Source: an uncultured Nitrospinota bacterium
Lineage (GTDB): Bacteria > Tectomicrobia > Entotheonellia > J063 > CAVPRW01
Direction of reading: 5' to 3'
NCBI GenBank assembly: GCA_963707985.1
Contig: CAVPRW010000045.1
Span: 128,001-192,000, forward strand
Length of the DNA stretch: 64,000 nt
The translations under genes were made by a program, and so were the position numbers. The notes under the pieces are model-generated. The model ran no database searches, had not been told where the DNA came from, and was given only the letters and a program-made list of their open reading frames with translations. The number at the start of each line of letters is the position of its first letter. The stretch's first letter is position 1. Of the stretch, positions 62,086-64,000 are shown one piece after another.

Positions 62086-62846
62086 TCAGAGCTTGCACAC
62101 GGGCGCACTACAGCTCCGCGTCCATTTGAATGGGGATTTCCATACCGTGCCTGGCTGCGTCATGGTCACGAGATACTCCAGCGCCTCCCGCAGGACCTTG
62201 CGCTGTTTCTCATGGTCGGTCGGCTCGCCCAACCGGGCACCCTGGCGGAAAGTCCACGATCATCGCCCGCGGCACCCGCACCCGTTTCATCATCTCCGGT
62301 TCCAGGGTCAGTGCAATCGTCGCCAGGCCTGCTCCCTCCATGACTCGTTGAATGATGGCCAGGGAATGATTGCAGATTGGGGAACCTGGGGTCAAGATCA
62401 CCGCATCGACCCCTGCGGTGACGAGCTTCTCCGCGACTTCCTTTGCAGTCCCCTCCAGCCGTCTCCAATGTGGTACCACCCCCATAAAACTAAAATGCTG
62501 TGGTGCCACACGTTGAATGACACCCGCACTTTGCAACTCTCGAAGGCGCGTCAGCGGAAAGATGGCGTCGATATCTTGTTCTAGCTCTGTGGTATCGAAG
62601 AATGGGTGGCTTACCGTTAAGTCACTCGTCTGGGCTGTTCCGGGGATTTCGCGAAACGATGCGTCATCGATGCCGGCAAAGGGAGACGCCTGTCGCAGGT
62701 GTACCCCTCCTGTGGTCACGAGGGCCACACAGGCGGTGTCAGCTGTCTTGCGGAAAGGGAGTCCATGGGATGCTCTCATAGTGAGCGTAGTGAAAGTCAG
62801 GAGCCCATTCCTGCTGGATGTATTCCTCTAGAATCTCGAGGTTCAT
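62086..62846 (-). CDS. Glycine/betaine/proline reductase B-type (GrdB/PrdB-like) protein, frameshifts near 62755 and 62217
   Basis: IPWTPF|RK..VALVTTGGVH, FDTT..DIDAIFP, GVDAVILTPGSPIC, RVPR, QRKVLREAL. Confidence 0.7.
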
Positions 62847-63119
62847 CTCAGTCGCTCTCCCTCAGTCTATACGTACAGCCGCTGCCTATCGTGCAGCGCT
62901 TCAGCGCAGTCATACAGCCAAAGAAACCAGCTCCTGCCTCGTGGCGCAATGGGAAGACGCATGCTTTACCGTCGTCATCGCGCCCACGTCTGAGACGCGA
63001 AGAGGGGGATTACCACCTCCCCCTCTTCGCAGGCGCTTACTTTCTAGGCAAGTGTTTGTCTCGTTCCCGAATCCCCGGCTCCCTTGTCTCGGCTCAGGAG
63101 CGCGTCAACACCTCGGCGA

Positions 63120-63449
63120 TTAGTGGAACGACTGGCCGCATCCGCAGGTGGACTTAGCATTCGGGTTGGTGATTTTGAAGCCCGATTCCATCAACCCTTC
63201 GATGTAGTCTACCTCGGTTCCAGCTAAATACAGAGCGCTCTTGAGATCGACGAAAATCGGCACACCATTGCTTTCGATAACCTTATCTCCAGGAGCTGCC
63301 TTCTCATCGATTCCCAATTGGTATTGCAATCCTGAGCAGCCGCCGCCAGCCACCCGCATGCGCAGCCCATAGCCCTCTTTGCCCGTTTGCGCCATGAAAT
63401 CATGGATTTTTTTTGCAGCGGTTTCGGTCAAGGTAATGGTCAAAGGCAT
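63120..63449 (-). CDS. A-type Fe-S carrier (IscA/ErpA, HesB family)
   Basis: GGGCSGLQY, NPNAKSTCGCGQSF. Confidence 0.92.
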   Translation of the reverse strand: MPLTITLTETAAKKIHDFMAQTGKEGYGLRMRVAGGGCSGLQYQLGIDEKAAPGDKVIESNGVPIFVDLKSALYLAGTEVDYIEGLMESGFKITNPNAKSTCGCGQSFH

Positions 63450-63737
63450 CCTTCTCCTCCTTTTGTCTTGTCACGGCCGGCTATCGCATCACTTGATGAG
63501 CTCTCGCCGACCCCTCGTCATGTTCACCCACAACAGATTACGCCCTCTGCGCTGGGGGCGCCCCACACATCCTATCTTCCGGCCACCAACAGTCGATCAG
63601 CTTCGTACGACCTCTACAGGGCAACCGCTGTTCCAGCCTGGAAGCTTCGCGTCGCTACTGTCGTATCGTCTTCAATGGCGGCATCTTTCACCGCTTGGGC
63701 AGAGGCACACGCCCCTCAGCGGCACAGAGACGACACC

Positions 63738-64000
63738 CTACTTGTCTGCCTCGCCCATCACCGGATCGATACTGCCGACGATGGCTACCACGTCGGACAG
63801 AAACCGTCCTTCCACCAACGTGGGGAGGGCCTGCAGCGCCACGAACGACGGTGAGCGGATTTTCAAGCGATAGGCGCTTTTCCCGCCATCGCTGACCAGA
63901 TAAAACCCCAGCTCGCCCTTTGGGGACTCGATGGCGCAGTAGACTTCCCCCGGCGGCGGGCGCATGCCCTCGATGACGAGCATAAAGTGATGGATCAAAT
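63738..64000 (-). CDS. nuoD: NADH-quinone oxidoreductase subunit D, 3' end (partial)
   Basis: IHHF..ESPKGELGFY..RLKIRSPSF..SIDPVMGEADK. Confidence 0.88.
   Translation of the reverse strand, partial: LIHHFMLVIEGMRPPPGEVYCAIESPKGELGFYLVSDGGKSAYRLKIRSPSFVALQALPTLVEGRFLSDVVAIVGSIDPVMGEADK

Noticed and set aside
62370..62390. Selenocysteine readthrough in the GrdB-like gene
   Set aside because: The codon is TCC, not TGA.
1..64000. CRISPR arrays, tRNA/rRNA genes and the many overlapping antisense ORFs
   Set aside because: No regularly spaced repeats or cloverleafs were seen; the shadow ORFs are expected in high-GC DNA and lack motifs.

Overview
A GC-rich bacterial window. The mix of LLM monooxygenase, CaiB CoA-transferases, Uma2 paralogues and cyclase-TPR remnants resembles Ca. 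Tectomicrobia, but taxonomy is only an inference. Single-base frameshifts hit many otherwise intact genes, probably long-read indels. Main blocks: (1) 1.3-12 kb, a nine-gene minus-strand operon with two NMT1-type SBP-OmpA fusions, a secreted vWA protein, a TM/coiled-coil protein, a PspA-like coiled coil, a urea-carboxylase-region-type ABC transporter and a two-domain AAA+ ATPase. (2) 15-29 kb, an accessory zone with a candidate structured RNA, Uma2 genes, decayed defence-type genes (REase/STAND, patatin, an MBL hydrolase split by a 197-bp MITE with TIRs and TSD) and integrase/TPR remnants. (3) 29-37 kb, metabolic genes. (4) 37-49 kb, the most interesting locus: a tetraether-synthase (Tes/GDGT-MAS)-like radical SAM gene with a sigma54 promoter, co-oriented downstream of a PlsR/PlsA(Ger)-like ether-lipid reductase pair, next to a sigma54 activator and sensor kinase. 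This is a candidate bacterial membrane-spanning ether lipid (brGDGT-type) cluster. (5) 50-64 kb, redox/Fe-S housekeeping genes with thiDN, orphan pafA, isolated nuoI and nuoD, and a GrdB-like gene with Ser at the Sec position. No rRNA, tRNA or CRISPR array was recognised. All family calls come from reading motifs, not from database searches.
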